Source of the DNA: an uncultured Gemmatimonadales bacterium
Lineage (GTDB): Bacteria; Gemmatimonadota; Gemmatimonadetes; Gemmatimonadales; GWC2-71-9
Direction of reading: 5' to 3'
Assembly: GCA_963739455.1 (NCBI GenBank)
Contig: CAVUAK010000003.1
Coordinates: forward strand, 128,001 to 192,000
Length of the DNA stretch: 64,000 nt
Shown: piece after piece, positions 28,375 through 39,846 of the stretch
How the letters are laid out: each line of letters opens with the position of its first letter
Numbering within the stretch: the first letter of the stretch is position 1
Translations under genes and position numbers: made by a program
The notes under the pieces: generated by a model
Databases searched by the model: none
Told to the model about the DNA's origin: nothing
The model's input: the letters and a program-made list of their open reading frames with translations, nothing else

Positions 28375-29526
28375 TCAGCCATCCAGCGCCTGCTCCAGGT
28401 CGGCGATGAGGTCGTCGGCATCCTCGATCCCGCAGCTGACGCGGAGGAATCCGTCGGGGATGCCCATCGCCGCGCGGCCCTCGGGGCCGAGCGCCCGGTG
28501 CGACGTGAGTCGGGGTTCGGAAACAAGGCTCTCGACGCCGGCGAGGCTTGGCGCGTGGGTGATCAGCTGCAACCGTCCCAGCATGCGCTCCGTGGCGGCG
28601 GCCCCGCCCGCCAGCTCGAGGCCGAGCATGCCGCCAAAGCCATCGAGCAGGCGCGCGGCGATCGCGTGGTCGGGATGCGAGGCCAGGCCGGGATAGTGCA
28701 CCCGGGCGACTGCCGGGTGCTTGCTGGCCCAGGTGGCCACCGCCAGGCCGTTGCTGTTGTGCCGCTCCATCCGCACCGCCAGCGTGCGCATGCCGCGATC
28801 GATGAGCCACGCCGAGTGCGGGTCCAGCGAGGAGCCCCAGAGCTTCATGAGGCGCGTCACTTCCTCGATGACCGAGTGGCTGCCGGCCACCGCGCCGGCG
28901 ATCACGTCGCTGTGGCCGTTGAGGTACTTGGTGGCGCTCGAGATGACCACGTCCGCGCCATGCTCGAGGGCCCGGTAGTTGATCGGGCTCGCGAAGGTGG
29001 CGTCCACCAGCAGGCCGATGCCGTCGTGCCGGGCAATCTTGGCGATCGGCTCCAGGTCGAGGACCCGCATCAGCGGGTTGGTGGGCGTCTCGACGAAGAT
29101 GGCGCGTGTATTGGGGCGCAGCGCCTGGCGCCAGGCGCGCGGCTCGTCGGGCGCCACGTAGCTCACCGTGATGCCGAAGCGGCCGAACTCCTCATCGAAC
29201 AGCTTCTTGGTGCCGCCGTAGATCCATGAACTGGAGACGAGGTGGTCTCCCGGTCGCAGCATCGCCAGGTGCGCCAGCGCCGTCGCCGCCATGCCGCTCG
29301 ACAGGAAGAGCGCGGTCTCCGCGCCCTCGAGCATGGCGTACTTCTTCGCGATGTCCACCTGGTTCGGGTTGTTGCCGTACCGGGTGTACAGCACCTCGTC
29401 GGACGACCCGATCGGGTTGGTGAAGGTGCTCGTCTGCAGCAGGGGAGGCACCACCGGGCTCCAGTCGGGCCGGCGATGGGGAAGGCCATGGATCGCGGTG
29501 GTGGAAAAGCCCTGGCGCCGGGTCAT
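28375..29526 (-). CDS. PLP-dependent trans-sulfuration enzyme (cystathionine gamma-synthase/lyase or methionine gamma-lyase family)
   Basis: YTRYGN, SSGMAA, ETPTNP, VDATFASP, SATKYLNGHSD, RVSCGIED. Confidence 0.92.
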   Translation of the reverse strand: MTRRQGFSTTAIHGLPHRRPDWSPVVPPLLQTSTFTNPIGSSDEVLYTRYGNNPNQVDIAKKYAMLEGAETALFLSSGMAATALAHLAMLRPGDHLVSSSWIYGGTKKLFDEEFGRFGITVSYVAPDEPRAWRQALRPNTRAIFVETPTNPLMRVLDLEPIAKIARHDGIGLLVDATFASPINYRALEHGADVVISSATKYLNGHSDVIAGAVAGSHSVIEEVTRLMKLWGSSLDPHSAWLIDRGMRTLAVRMERHNSNGLAVATWASKHPAVARVHYPGLASHPDHAIAARLLDGFGGMLGLELAGGAAATERMLGRLQLITHAPSLAGVESLVSEPRLTSHRALGPEGRAAMGIPDGFLRVSCGIEDADDLIADLEQALDG

Positions 29527-30059
29527 GCGAGCGGAAGCCTCACGAAACCGCCCGTGGCGGAACGGCAGACCCCGAGCGCCAGCGCGGCATCGAGTGCCTC
29601 GGCGGTGCGCGTGTCGGCCCAGCCAAGGCGCTGTGACAGCGCAACTGCCGGGAGCGGTATGGCCGATTCAAGGGTGTCGAAGAGGTGGCGCACGTCGGTC
29701 GGGACGCAACCGAGCAGCGTAATGGTCCCATCCGCAAGCACCGCCACGGCGAGCTGCTGGTGCTCGAGCACGGCGTGGATTGATTCCCAGAGGTGTTCGT
29801 CGAGCCCGCGCAGGGCCACGATGCGCCCCAGCCGCTCCTTGGCCAGCCGCACCAGCTTGGCCACCACCTCGTCGGCGCAACTGAGGTCGAGCAGCACCAC
29901 GTCGGAGAAGTCGAGCATCGCCGTTTCCCACTCCGACGTGGCGAGCACCGACTCGATCCGGCCACGCACCGCCACCCCGGTGGGGCGGGTGACGAGGTTG
30001 AGGTACGGCGTGGTGACCGCCTCGCGCAGCATGCGCGCCACCGCGATCGTCTCGATCAC
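29523..30059 (-). CDS. STAS-like domain protein with a possible C-terminal winged helix
   Basis: LVTRPTG..VR..IE, LDFSDV..LD.SCADEVVAKL (STAS-like); GTG start overlaps the corrected stop of the upstream gene. Confidence 0.65.
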   Translation of the reverse strand: MIETIAVARMLREAVTTPYLNLVTRPTGVAVRGRIESVLATSEWETAMLDFSDVVLLDLSCADEVVAKLVRLAKERLGRIVALRGLDEHLWESIHAVLEHQQLAVAVLADGTITLLGCVPTDVRHLFDTLESAIPLPAVALSQRLGWADTRTAEALDAALALGVCRSATGGFVRLPLA

Positions 30060-30957
30060 GTGGTGCCGGCGTCCTGGGAGGGGATGGTCACCTGCAGCTG
30101 GGCTCCGGGGAAAAAGGACAGGTCCTCCACCAGCGGGACGTCGTCGTCCCATGCGGGACGATCGCAATACGCGCCGTGCCACTGCGCACGCTGATCTTGC
30201 CTTGCCACCGCTGCAGGTAGCGCTTGATGCCCGCCAGGCCCTGGCCCCGGCCCGGGTCGCGGAACCGGCTGACGCCCTGGATGAGGGCGGCCTCGAGTGC
30301 CGTGCCGTCGCGCCAGCGATCACCGTAGCGCTTGGCTTGCGTGGGCTCGAGCGAACGACGGAAGCCAATGCCGGAATCGCTCACGGCAATGACGGCGACG
30401 CGCTTCCCAAGCCGCCTTCGGTAGTTGTACGCCTGCACCGCGACCCAGCCACCGGTGCCCGCATGCTCCACAATATTCTGGCATGCCTCCGAAAGCGCCA
30501 TGGCAAAGCCCATCGTCGCCTTCGCCTCGAGCCCCAGCTCGCCGGCCAGGATGCGCGACGCGCCCTCCTGGATGCGGCCCACCACCTCGTGGACGTCCTC
30601 GGTGGCGCGCACCGGCGTGATCTCCAGCAGCGTGTCGGCCGGCTGCGCGCCCCGCGCCTTCGGCAGCTTGCCATGGAACTCGAACAGCTCGCCCGCATGC
30701 TGGAAGAACGCAATGCGCCCCCAGTAGCTGCGCACGTCGTCGGCCGTGGGAATGGCCAGCAACGGCTTCTCGCCACCCGCCTCGATGATCGCCTGTGCCG
30801 CGGTGAGCAGGCCGATCAGGGCGTAGGGCGCCGCCCACTGCACGCCGCGGGCATCGAAGAAGAGCCGGTCGGATGGCGGCCACACGCCGATTGATTGCGC
30901 GAGCTGGTCGAGGCCCTGCTCATCGAACTGCGCCGGCACATCGACAATCCGGCTCAC
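30056..30957 (-). CDS. GHKL/HATPase protein (anti-sigma-kinase-like) with a STAS-like N-terminus; apparent frameshift near 30157
   Basis: SEACQNIVEHA (N box), VSDSGIG (G1), GRGQGL (G2). Restoring one base gives ...VPAWDDDVPLVEDLSFFPGAQLQVTIP...GTT* ending at 30056. Confidence 0.8.
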
Positions 30958-31880
30958 GGCGTCACCAGCTCGCCGCGCAGGTGCTGGGCGAGGCCTCGTG
31001 CGCCACGAAACGACGCGTTGCGCGAGGCCGCGTCGACGGCGCGCCGGAGTGCCGCCTCGGTGTCGTCGCCGGCCAGCAGCCTGGCGCAGAGCGCGGCGCC
31101 GAACACGTCACCGCAGCCGGTCGGGTCGGGATCGGCAACGTACGGAGCAGGAATCAGCGCGGTCCGGATCGCCGCCGATTCGCCCGCCCCCGGCGCGGCG
31201 ACGTAGACCACGCCCCGTGGTCCCAGCGTCACCGCCATCAGCGTGACCCCCTGCGCCATCGCCTGTGCGGCAACCACGAGCGGGTCGCGAGAGATCTGCT
31301 GCATCTCTTCCTCGTTCATCTGCACCACGTCGAAGCAGCCGAACCAGCGCTCCGGGTCGGCCAGTGGCTGGAGTGTCCGGATGCCGTCGCCCTGCATGCC
31401 GAGGAAAAGGCTGTGCAGGTCGGCGTAGGTCGGCTTCTTGAATCCCTGGCGCAGTGCCTGCGCCGTGCCCAGGCACATCTCGAACCCCGAAATGAAGTTG
31501 ACGTAGACCGCATCGAGGTCGGTTACCATCGGGCCGAGTTCGCCCCAGTTCCACGACGGCACACCGCCACTCATCCGCTCGCAACGGCGCTCGGCGGACT
31601 GGTAGCGAAGCACTACCCGGTTGTTCGGCACCGGTACCTCGATGCAGCGCCCGCCGGGCACGAGCCGCGTCAGCGTGCCCATGAATCGCGCCGCCTCGGC
31701 GCTCAGGTCGCGACCGACCTTGATGAGCGGCACAATCTCCCAGTCCTCGGGCAGGTGCGCATCGAGGCTCGACAGCGCGTAGGCGATGCCGCCCCACTCC
31801 TCGACCGGCGCCGACGCGGGATCCCGCCCATGAATCACGTCCCATACGAGGGACCCGACGACCCCAAGCTTTTTCGTCAC
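30954..31880 (-). CDS. PfkB family carbohydrate kinase
   Basis: WGGIAY, MNEEE, VTLGPRG, DPTGCGDVF. Confidence 0.88.
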   Translation of the reverse strand: MTKKLGVVGSLVWDVIHGRDPASAPVEEWGGIAYALSSLDAHLPEDWEIVPLIKVGRDLSAEAARFMGTLTRLVPGGRCIEVPVPNNRVVLRYQSAERRCERMSGGVPSWNWGELGPMVTDLDAVYVNFISGFEMCLGTAQALRQGFKKPTYADLHSLFLGMQGDGIRTLQPLADPERWFGCFDVVQMNEEEMQQISRDPLVVAAQAMAQGVTLMAVTLGPRGVVYVAAPGAGESAAIRTALIPAPYVADPDPTGCGDVFGAALCARLLAGDDTEAALRRAVDAASRNASFRGARGLAQHLRGELVTP

Positions 31881-32890
31881 GTCCCCGCCCTCCCCGCCCT
31901 CCCCGCCTTCCCCGCCTTCACGCCTTCCTCTTCAACCAGAAACGCCCGCGCCGCGCCATACACCCCCGCGGTGCCGGTGAGCACGCCCGGTACGATGCGG
32001 CATGCCTCCACGGCAGGGCGAAATGCGCGGCGCGCTACCTCACGGCGCAGCGGCACGAAAAGGCCGTCTCCCGCGAGCGTCACGCCGCCGCACACCACCA
32101 CGACCTCCGGGTTGAGCACGTTGACGAGGTTCGCGATACCGGTACCGAGGAACTTCGCCGTCTCGCTGACGACCTGCAGTGCCACCACGTCGCCATGACT
32201 GGCCGCTTCGTAGACCGTCTGCGCCGTGACGTTGAGCAGGCTGCCGCCGGCAAACTCCGCCAGCCGGCTCACGCCACCCGACTCGACTTCTTCCACGGCG
32301 CGACGCGCAATGGCGGGACCCGAGGCGTAGGCCTCGAGGCAGCCATAGTTGCCGCACTTGCAGCGCCGGCCCTCGGTCTCGATCGTGACATGCCCGATCT
32401 CGCCGGCGCAGTCCGACGCGCCATGCACCATCTCACCATTCACGATGAGGCCACCGCCGATACCCGTGCCGATGGTGATGCCCACGGCGTGGCGCGCACC
32501 CTTGGCCGCGCCAATCCACCACTCGCCGAGCACGGCGCAATTGGCATCGTTGTCGAGCGCGGCGTGCAGGTCGAGGCCCGCCGACACCCGCTCCCGGAGC
32601 GGCATGTTGGTCCAGCCAAGGTTGGGCGTCAGCAGCACGACGCCGCGGCTCCGGTCGAGCGGGCCGGGAGCACCGACGCCCACGCCCGCGATCTCCACCT
32701 TCGGTATCGTCGCGCGGGTCTCGGAAATGGAGCGACGCGCCAGCCTGAGCAGGCGCTCCATGACGTCGTCGGCGCCGGACTCGGGCTGGGTCGGCTCGCT
32801 CATCAGCCCGTGCAGCGCCGAGCCATCCTCGGCTACACAGCCGACGACGAGGTTGGTGCCGCCGATGTCGATGCCCACGACGTATCGCAT
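31877..32890 (-). CDS. ROK family sugar kinase (glucokinase-like)
   Basis: GIDIGGT, DNDANCA, GTGIGGG, GEIGH, CKCGNYGCLEAYAS. Confidence 0.93.
   Translation of the reverse strand: MRYVVGIDIGGTNLVVGCVAEDGSALHGLMSEPTQPESGADDVMERLLRLARRSISETRATIPKVEIAGVGVGAPGPLDRSRGVVLLTPNLGWTNMPLRERVSAGLDLHAALDNDANCAVLGEWWIGAAKGARHAVGITIGTGIGGGLIVNGEMVHGASDCAGEIGHVTIETEGRRCKCGNYGCLEAYASGPAIARRAVEEVESGGVSRLAEFAGGSLLNVTAQTVYEAASHGDVVALQVVSETAKFLGTGIANLVNVLNPEVVVVCGGVTLAGDGLFVPLRREVARRAFRPAVEACRIVPGVLTGTAGVYGAARAFLVEEEGVKAGKAGRAGRAGT
31882..31926. repeat. Nonamer tandem array (TCCCCGCCY)x4 plus a partial copy, in the ROK 3' end
   Basis: Encodes the C-terminal tail KAGKAGRAGRAGT. Confidence 0.8.
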
Positions 32891-32899
32891 GTGCCCGTC

Positions 32900-34057
32900 T
32901 CAGTGAAGCAGGGAGTGATACAAGGCCAGCAGCGGGGCCGCCAGCACCGTCGCGTCGAAGCGCTCGGCCCACGGCCGCCCGGCATCGCGCATGCGAGCGG
33001 CAAGGTCGGGATCGTCGAGGATATCCCGCATTGCCGCCGCCAGTCCCACCGCATCCGTCGCCGTCACGTATCGCGTGGACGGTCCACCGGCATCCGGGAA
33101 GCAGCCACCCGCGCTGCTGATGACCGGAAGCCCGGCGCTCATCGCCTCCACGATCGGCATACCAAAACCCTCGAACAGGCTGGGGTACAGGAACAGCGAT
33201 GCGCCTTGATACACCACGGGCAGGTCGCTGCTGCTGACGCTGCAGAGGATGTGCACGCGCGCCCCGACGCCGCGCGCGTCCGCGAGTGAGCGCAGCGACC
33301 GCGCCTCGCCACCATCTCGGCCCACCAGCACGAGCGGAGGCGTGGCGCCGGGGTCGAGCAGTGCCAGGGCCTCGACCAGCACCTGGTGATTCTTCCGCCG
33401 CTCGAGCGTGCCGACGCTCAGCAGGTATGTCGCCGGCAGCCCGAGTCGCGATCGAACCGCCCGGGCGTCGGCTTCCGGTACCGCGCGCGCGAACGCCGGG
33501 TCCCGGGCCGGGGGAATGATCGTCACATCCGCGGGGTCCACGCCATACCACTTGACGAGGTCGTCTCGCGTCTGTCCGCTCACCGCCACAATGGCCGACG
33601 CATGCTCGGCGCTCCACCGGTATCGCCAGGCATAGCTCAGCCGGTCGGCGACGGGGAAGAGCTCGGGATGACGCACGAAGAGCAGGTCGTGAAAGGTCAC
33701 GACGCCCGGAATACCGGTGCGCGGCAGGTCCCGCGGAATTTCATGCGACAGGCCGTGATAGAGGTCGACACCGTCGCGCCGCGCCGCCCGGCCAGTGCGG
33801 AACGTGCGCCAGTATTGCCGCGCTGGCGATGGTCGCATCGCCGCCGGCGGCAGGCACATTGTCGTGTGGGGCGGAAGGGTTGCGAGCCACGGCGTGTATT
33901 CGCTGCGCGGCTCCCTCGGGGCGTAGAGCGTGACGCGCGCGTCGGGTACCACCGCGGTGATTCCGGACAGGAGCCGGCGGCTGTAGTTGCCGAGCCCGGT
34001 CTGGTTGCGGAAGGCCCGGGCAGCGTCGAAGCCGAGGGAAATGCCGCGCGGCGTCAG
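32900..34057 (-). CDS. Glycosyltransferase family 4
   Basis: LGFDA.RAF.N.TGLGNYSR, YHGLSHE, VTFHDL, VGTLE.RKN, YPSLFEGFGMPIVEAM. The start is uncertain (CTG 34057 or GTG 34186). Confidence 0.92.
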   Translation of the reverse strand: MTPRGISLGFDAARAFRNQTGLGNYSRRLLSGITAVVPDARVTLYAPREPRSEYTPWLATLPPHTTMCLPPAAMRPSPARQYWRTFRTGRAARRDGVDLYHGLSHEIPRDLPRTGIPGVVTFHDLLFVRHPELFPVADRLSYAWRYRWSAEHASAIVAVSGQTRDDLVKWYGVDPADVTIIPPARDPAFARAVPEADARAVRSRLGLPATYLLSVGTLERRKNHQVLVEALALLDPGATPPLVLVGRDGGEARSLRSLADARGVGARVHILCSVSSSDLPVVYQGASLFLYPSLFEGFGMPIVEAMSAGLPVISSAGGCFPDAGGPSTRYVTATDAVGLAAAMRDILDDPDLAARMRDAGRPWAERFDATVLAAPLLALYHSLLH

Positions 34058-35083
34058 CGCCGCGCTCCCGCCCGCTGGCGCACCGTGGCCAGGGCGCTCA
34101 GCACGCGGTCCACGCTCAGTTGGCGCAGGCAGCGATGGTGATCCAGTGGACAGGCGGCCGGCCCGAAGGTGGCGCAGGGACGACACAGGAGCTCGTCTTC
34201 GCCCAGGCAGATCGCGTCGGGATCGAGAGGTCCGTAGCCGAAGGACGGAACGGTTGGGCCGAACAGAGCCACCATCGGCGTGCGCGTGGCGAGTGCCAGG
34301 TGCAGCGGCGAGGAATCGTTGGTGACGATGGCGGCGGCGCGGGCAATGATCGCGGTGGATGTGCGTGGCCCGACCTGTCCGCAGGCGCTGTGCGCCCGGC
34401 CGGGAGCCGCCGCCTCGATGGCATTGCCGATGACCGCGTCGGTGGGACCGCCAATCGCGACCACCGGCCCCTCGAGGCGCGCCGCGAGCTCGGGAAAGTA
34501 CGGCCAGCGCTTGGCGCCCCAGGGACTGCCGGCGCCGAGTGCCACGAAGTCACCATCGATGCCGCGGCTCGCGAGCCAGCGCTCCGCTTCCGCTTCATCC
34601 TCGTCGGTGAGGCCCAGCGTCACCGGTGGTACCGGCGCGCCGAGTGGGAGCCCGGCCAGCGACCAGAGGCGCGCCGTTTCATGCGCCTGTACCGGGCGTG
34701 GAAGGCGCTTGGTATACAACGGCGCCGCGGGGCTGTCCTCGAAGCCGATGCGCTCCGGGATCCGCGCGAGCAGCACCATCGTGGCCGAGCGCCAGGAGCG
34801 ATGCGGAAGGTAGGCGGCGGAGTAGGCCTGGCTGCCGCAGGAGGCCGGCCACGCGTCGCAGCCCGGGCCAGCCGCGATCGGCGCCCCGCTTGTCGTAGCG
34901 GATCACGGCGCCGACGGCGGGATGGGTATCGAGGAGGGTGGCCGACTGCGGCGTCGCCACGACGTCCACCGGCCCGTGCAACTCGGCCAGGGTCGTGAGG
35001 AGCGGCGTCGTGAGGATCACGTCGCCCATGTACGCCGTCTGGATGACGACCGCGCCCGAGCGCTTGCGCCAGAAAGGACTCAC
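34054..35083 (-). CDS. waaF: Glycosyltransferase family 9 (LPS heptosyltransferase, WaaF-like); frameshift near 34830
   Basis: N-terminal part IQTAYMGDVILTTPLL; C-terminal part GS.WGAKRWP, TNDSSPLH, LFGPT, C.PC. The two halves are in different frames. Confidence 0.82.
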
Positions 35084-35086
35084 CGG

Positions 35087-35122
35087 CCGCCTTGCCGCCC
35101 TGACTTCTTGCCGCCTGCCGCC
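35087..35122. repeat. Degenerate GGCGGCA/GAAGTCAG-family repeat between lepA and waaF
   Basis: Minus strand GGCGGCAGGCGGCAAGAAGTCAGGGCGGCAAGGCGG, the same unit as the hisD 3' array. Confidence 0.65.
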
Positions 35123-35128
35123 GGACGG

Positions 35129-36931
<1,803 letters not shown>

Positions 36932-36950
36932 GATGGAGGAGAATATAGCC

Positions 36951-37919
36951 ATGAAGGCCATTCGTATCCGCGCGACGGGAGGCCCCGAGGCGCTCGAGTT
37001 CGAGGAACTGCCGCTGCCGGCGCCCGGCCCGGGGCAGGTGCTGATCCGGGTCGAGGCCTGTGGCGTCAATTTCATCGAGGTCTACCAGCGCACCGGGTTC
37101 TATCCGGTGACCTTCCCGGCGACGCCGGGGACCGAGGCCGCGGGTCTCGTGGTGGTCCCCGGCGAGGGCGTCGTGGGCTTCCGGCCGGGCGACAAGGTGG
37201 CGTCCACGAGCGTTATCGGCGCGTACGCCGAGTACGCCCTGGTGGCCGCCGACCGGCTGGTGCGTGTTCCCCAGGGCATCACCACGCATCAGGCGGCGGC
37301 GGTGCTGCTGCAGGGCATGACGGCGCACTACCTGACCCACGACACCTTCCCCCTGGCGCCCGGCGACACCTGCCTGGTGCATGCGGCGGCCGGTGGCACC
37401 GGCCTGCTGCTGGTGCAGCTGGCCAGGCAGCGCGGGGCACGCGTGATCGGCACCACATCCAGCGAGGAGAAGGCCGCCCTCGCCCGCCAGGCCGGCGCTG
37501 ATGAGGTGATCCTCTACACCAGGGAGGACTTCGTTGAGCGGACGAGGGCCCTCACGGGTGGCGTCGGTGTCCAGGTGGTCTACGACTCGGTGGGTCGCAC
37601 CACCTTCCTGCCCGGTCTCGACTGCCTGAGGACGCGCGGCATGATGGTGCTGTTCGGCCAGTCGAGCGGTGGCGTGGACCCGGTGGAGGTGTCCCTGCTC
37701 CAGCGGAAGGGCTCCCTCTTCCTGACACGCCCCACGCTCAATCACTACATCGTGACGGCGGACGAACTGCAGGCCCGCGCCACAGCGGTGTTCGCGGCGG
37801 TGGCCGATGGTACGCTGACCGTCCGAATCGGCGCCGAGTTTCCTCTGGCAGCAGCGGCCGATGCGCATCGCGAACTCGAGGGCCGGCGCACGACAGGAAA
37901 GGTGCTGCTTCTTCCGTAG
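36951..37919 (+). CDS. qor: NADPH:quinone oxidoreductase (zeta-crystallin family)
   Basis: [57 protein letters not shown]. Confidence 0.93.
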   Translation: MKAIRIRATGGPEALEFEELPLPAPGPGQVLIRVEACGVNFIEVYQRTGFYPVTFPATPGTEAAGLVVVPGEGVVGFRPGDKVASTSVIGAYAEYALVAADRLVRVPQGITTHQAAAVLLQGMTAHYLTHDTFPLAPGDTCLVHAAAGGTGLLLVQLARQRGARVIGTTSSEEKAALARQAGADEVILYTREDFVERTRALTGGVGVQVVYDSVGRTTFLPGLDCLRTRGMMVLFGQSSGGVDPVEVSLLQRKGSLFLTRPTLNHYIVTADELQARATAVFAAVADGTLTVRIGAEFPLAAAADAHRELEGRRTTGKVLLLP

Positions 37920-38807
37920 ATGCCGCTGACCACACCTGCCTACGGCCTCCTCCTCGTCATTCTCATCTGGGGAGGCAACTTCACCGCCACCAAGCTGGCG
38001 TTCGCCGACATTTCGCCCCTCGCCTTCACGGCGGTGCGATTCGCCTTCGGTTCGGTGCTCATGTGGCTCGTCCTGGCGCGCAAGGAAGGCTGGCGGCTGC
38101 CGCCCCGCGCCACGTGGGTGCCGCTCATCCTGCTCGGCGTGGTCGGCAATACCATCTACCAGCTGTGCTTCATGACCGGGCTGTATCGCACGACCGCGAC
38201 GAACAGTTCGCTCATTCTCGCCAGCATGCCGACCGTGGTGACGGTGGCGGCAGGGATGCTGGGGTTCGAGCAGATCACGGCGCGGCAGAAATGGGCGCTC
38301 GCCATCGCCACACTGGGCGTGCTCCTTGTGGTCGCGTCGCGGGGCATCACCCTCGACGGCGACCTGGCGGGCGACCTGCTCATGCTTGCGGCGGTGCTCT
38401 GCTGGGCGACGTACACGCTCGGTCTCCGCAGCCTCAGCGGTCGCGTGAGTACCCTGGCGCTGACCACCTGGACCCTCATCACTGGTACCCCCGGCCTCAT
38501 CCTCGCGGGCGTGCCGGCGGTGCGGGCAATGAACTGGGGTGCCGTCTCGCCGACCGGATGGTTCGGGCTTGCCTACGCCACGCTGCTCTCGCTCGTGGTG
38601 GCGTACCTGCTCTGGAATCGTGGCGTGCGCCAGATCGGCCCCAGTCGCGCCGCCATCTTCACGACCCTCACGCCGCTCGTTGCCACCCTCACGGCAATCG
38701 CGGTCCTGGGAGAGCGGCCCGGTTTGCTCCACCTCGCCGGTGGAGCGATGATCATCGCGGGCGTGCTGGTGTCACGGAAGCCGACGCTCCCCACCTCGAC
38801 ACCCTGA
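37920..38807 (+). CDS. DMT/EamA family transporter
   Basis: IWGGNF, about 10 TMs in two repeats, LWNRGV..IGPSRA, VLGE. Confidence 0.9.
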   Translation: MPLTTPAYGLLLVILIWGGNFTATKLAFADISPLAFTAVRFAFGSVLMWLVLARKEGWRLPPRATWVPLILLGVVGNTIYQLCFMTGLYRTTATNSSLILASMPTVVTVAAGMLGFEQITARQKWALAIATLGVLLVVASRGITLDGDLAGDLLMLAAVLCWATYTLGLRSLSGRVSTLALTTWTLITGTPGLILAGVPAVRAMNWGAVSPTGWFGLAYATLLSLVVAYLLWNRGVRQIGPSRAAIFTTLTPLVATLTAIAVLGERPGLLHLAGGAMIIAGVLVSRKPTLPTSTP

Positions 38808-38823
38808 CGGAAGGCAACGGCGC

Positions 38824-39036
38824 ATGCGCATCGTGAACGAGCCGGGCGGTGACACGTGGATCTGCCTGCAGGTGCCCGAGCGGCCCGACACGGCGGCCGG
38901 AACGGTGCTTGTCGAGTGCAACTCGGGGGCGGAGCGGGTGGAACTGGTGCTGCAGCCGGACTGGGAGGACATCGACGAGGAGGCAATGATCGCGGCCATT
39001 CACGATGGCGTTGCGCGGAACAAGGGCCGGGACTGA
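38824..39036 (+). CDS. Small hypothetical protein
   Basis: 70-aa ORF with strong host-like codon usage, filling the gap after the DMT gene. Confidence 0.6.
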   Translation: MRIVNEPGGDTWICLQVPERPDTAAGTVLVECNSGAERVELVLQPDWEDIDEEAMIAAIHDGVARNKGRD

Positions 39037-39059
39037 CCTTGGGCGAGTGCGCGACCCGC

Positions 39060-39404
39060 TCAACTCGGGGCCAGTTCCTCCAGCCGGGCCATTGCCCGCC
39101 GCAGGTGCGGAATGACGATGCTCCCTCCCACCACCAGGCCCACTGAGAAAATTTCCAGGAATTCTTCCCGCGTGGTGCCTTCCTCATGGCAGCGGACCAC
39201 ATGGTACGTGATGCAATCGTCACAGCGCAGCACCAGGCTCGACACGAGGCCCAGCATCTCCTTGGTCTTGGTGCCCAGCGCCCCCGGCTCGTAGCAGCGG
39301 TGATCGAGGGCGAAGAAACGATTGATAGTGAGGTTGCCCGCATTGAGGATGATGTCGTTCATCCGCCCGCGGAATGCATTGAAGTCGACGAGGGAATCGG
39401 TCAC
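39060..39404 (-). CDS. Carboxymuconolactone decarboxylase/AhpD-like protein
   Basis: RFFALD, GAL..KTKE.LGLV.SLVLRCDDCI.YH, VGGSIVIPHLR. Confidence 0.9.
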   Translation of the reverse strand: MTDSLVDFNAFRGRMNDIILNAGNLTINRFFALDHRCYEPGALGTKTKEMLGLVSSLVLRCDDCITYHVVRCHEEGTTREEFLEIFSVGLVVGGSIVIPHLRRAMARLEELAPS

Positions 39405-39655
39405 TGCTTGCGTCGCTTGAGTTCCGGTTCGCCAGTGCTCTGGGGGGGCTTCGGCCGGTCAGCCGCCGGCGGCGCGGGCCGGCTCGGCGGCGCTGGAGCA
39501 GGTTGCGGTGCCGCCTTGCCCCCGTTGGACGGTTGCGGCTTGGGCTGCTCCTTCGGCTTCTCCGCCTGCGCGTGAAGCACCGGGCTCCCGGGAACAGCGG
39601 GAGCCGCGGCGAGAAGAGCGATGCTGATGACTGCCGTTGTGACCAGGGACTTCAT
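39401..39655 (-). CDS. Small secreted Pro/Lys-rich protein
   Basis: GGAGGT SD; signal peptide ending LHAQA; low-complexity mature part ending GEPELKRRKQ. Confidence 0.7.
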   Translation of the reverse strand: MKSLVTTAVISIALLAAAPAVPGSPVLHAQAEKPKEQPKPQPSNGGKAAPQPAPAPPSRPAPPAADRPKPPQSTGEPELKRRKQ

Positions 39656-39688
39656 GAAACCTCCACCCTCATCCGGGAGTACGGTCGA

Positions 39689-39704
39689 AGCAGCAAATGT
39701 GCCA
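39689..39704 (-). promoter_or_regulatory. Candidate sigma-54 promoter
   Basis: Minus strand TGGCACATTTGCTGCT (TGGCAC, GG-N10-GC), about 34 bp upstream of the ATG at 39655. Confidence 0.55.
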
Positions 39705-39807
39705 CCCCGCGGCCCGCATGCAAGGTCTTTGCTGACAATCACCACCTGTTTCGAGATGGCCAGCACTGTCCCCTGGGAGTGTCCCGCCTTCCGGTCACCG
39801 CTGTGCG

Positions 39808-39837
39808 TTGACGGCCGATGGGGTGTACCCGTACGTT
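39808..39837 (+). promoter_or_regulatory. Candidate sigma-70 promoter for the DUF58 operon
   Basis: TTGACG-N18-TACGTT, 9 nt before the ATG at 39847; no SD, so possibly leaderless. Confidence 0.5.
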
Positions 39838-39846
39838 GCGCCCCGC

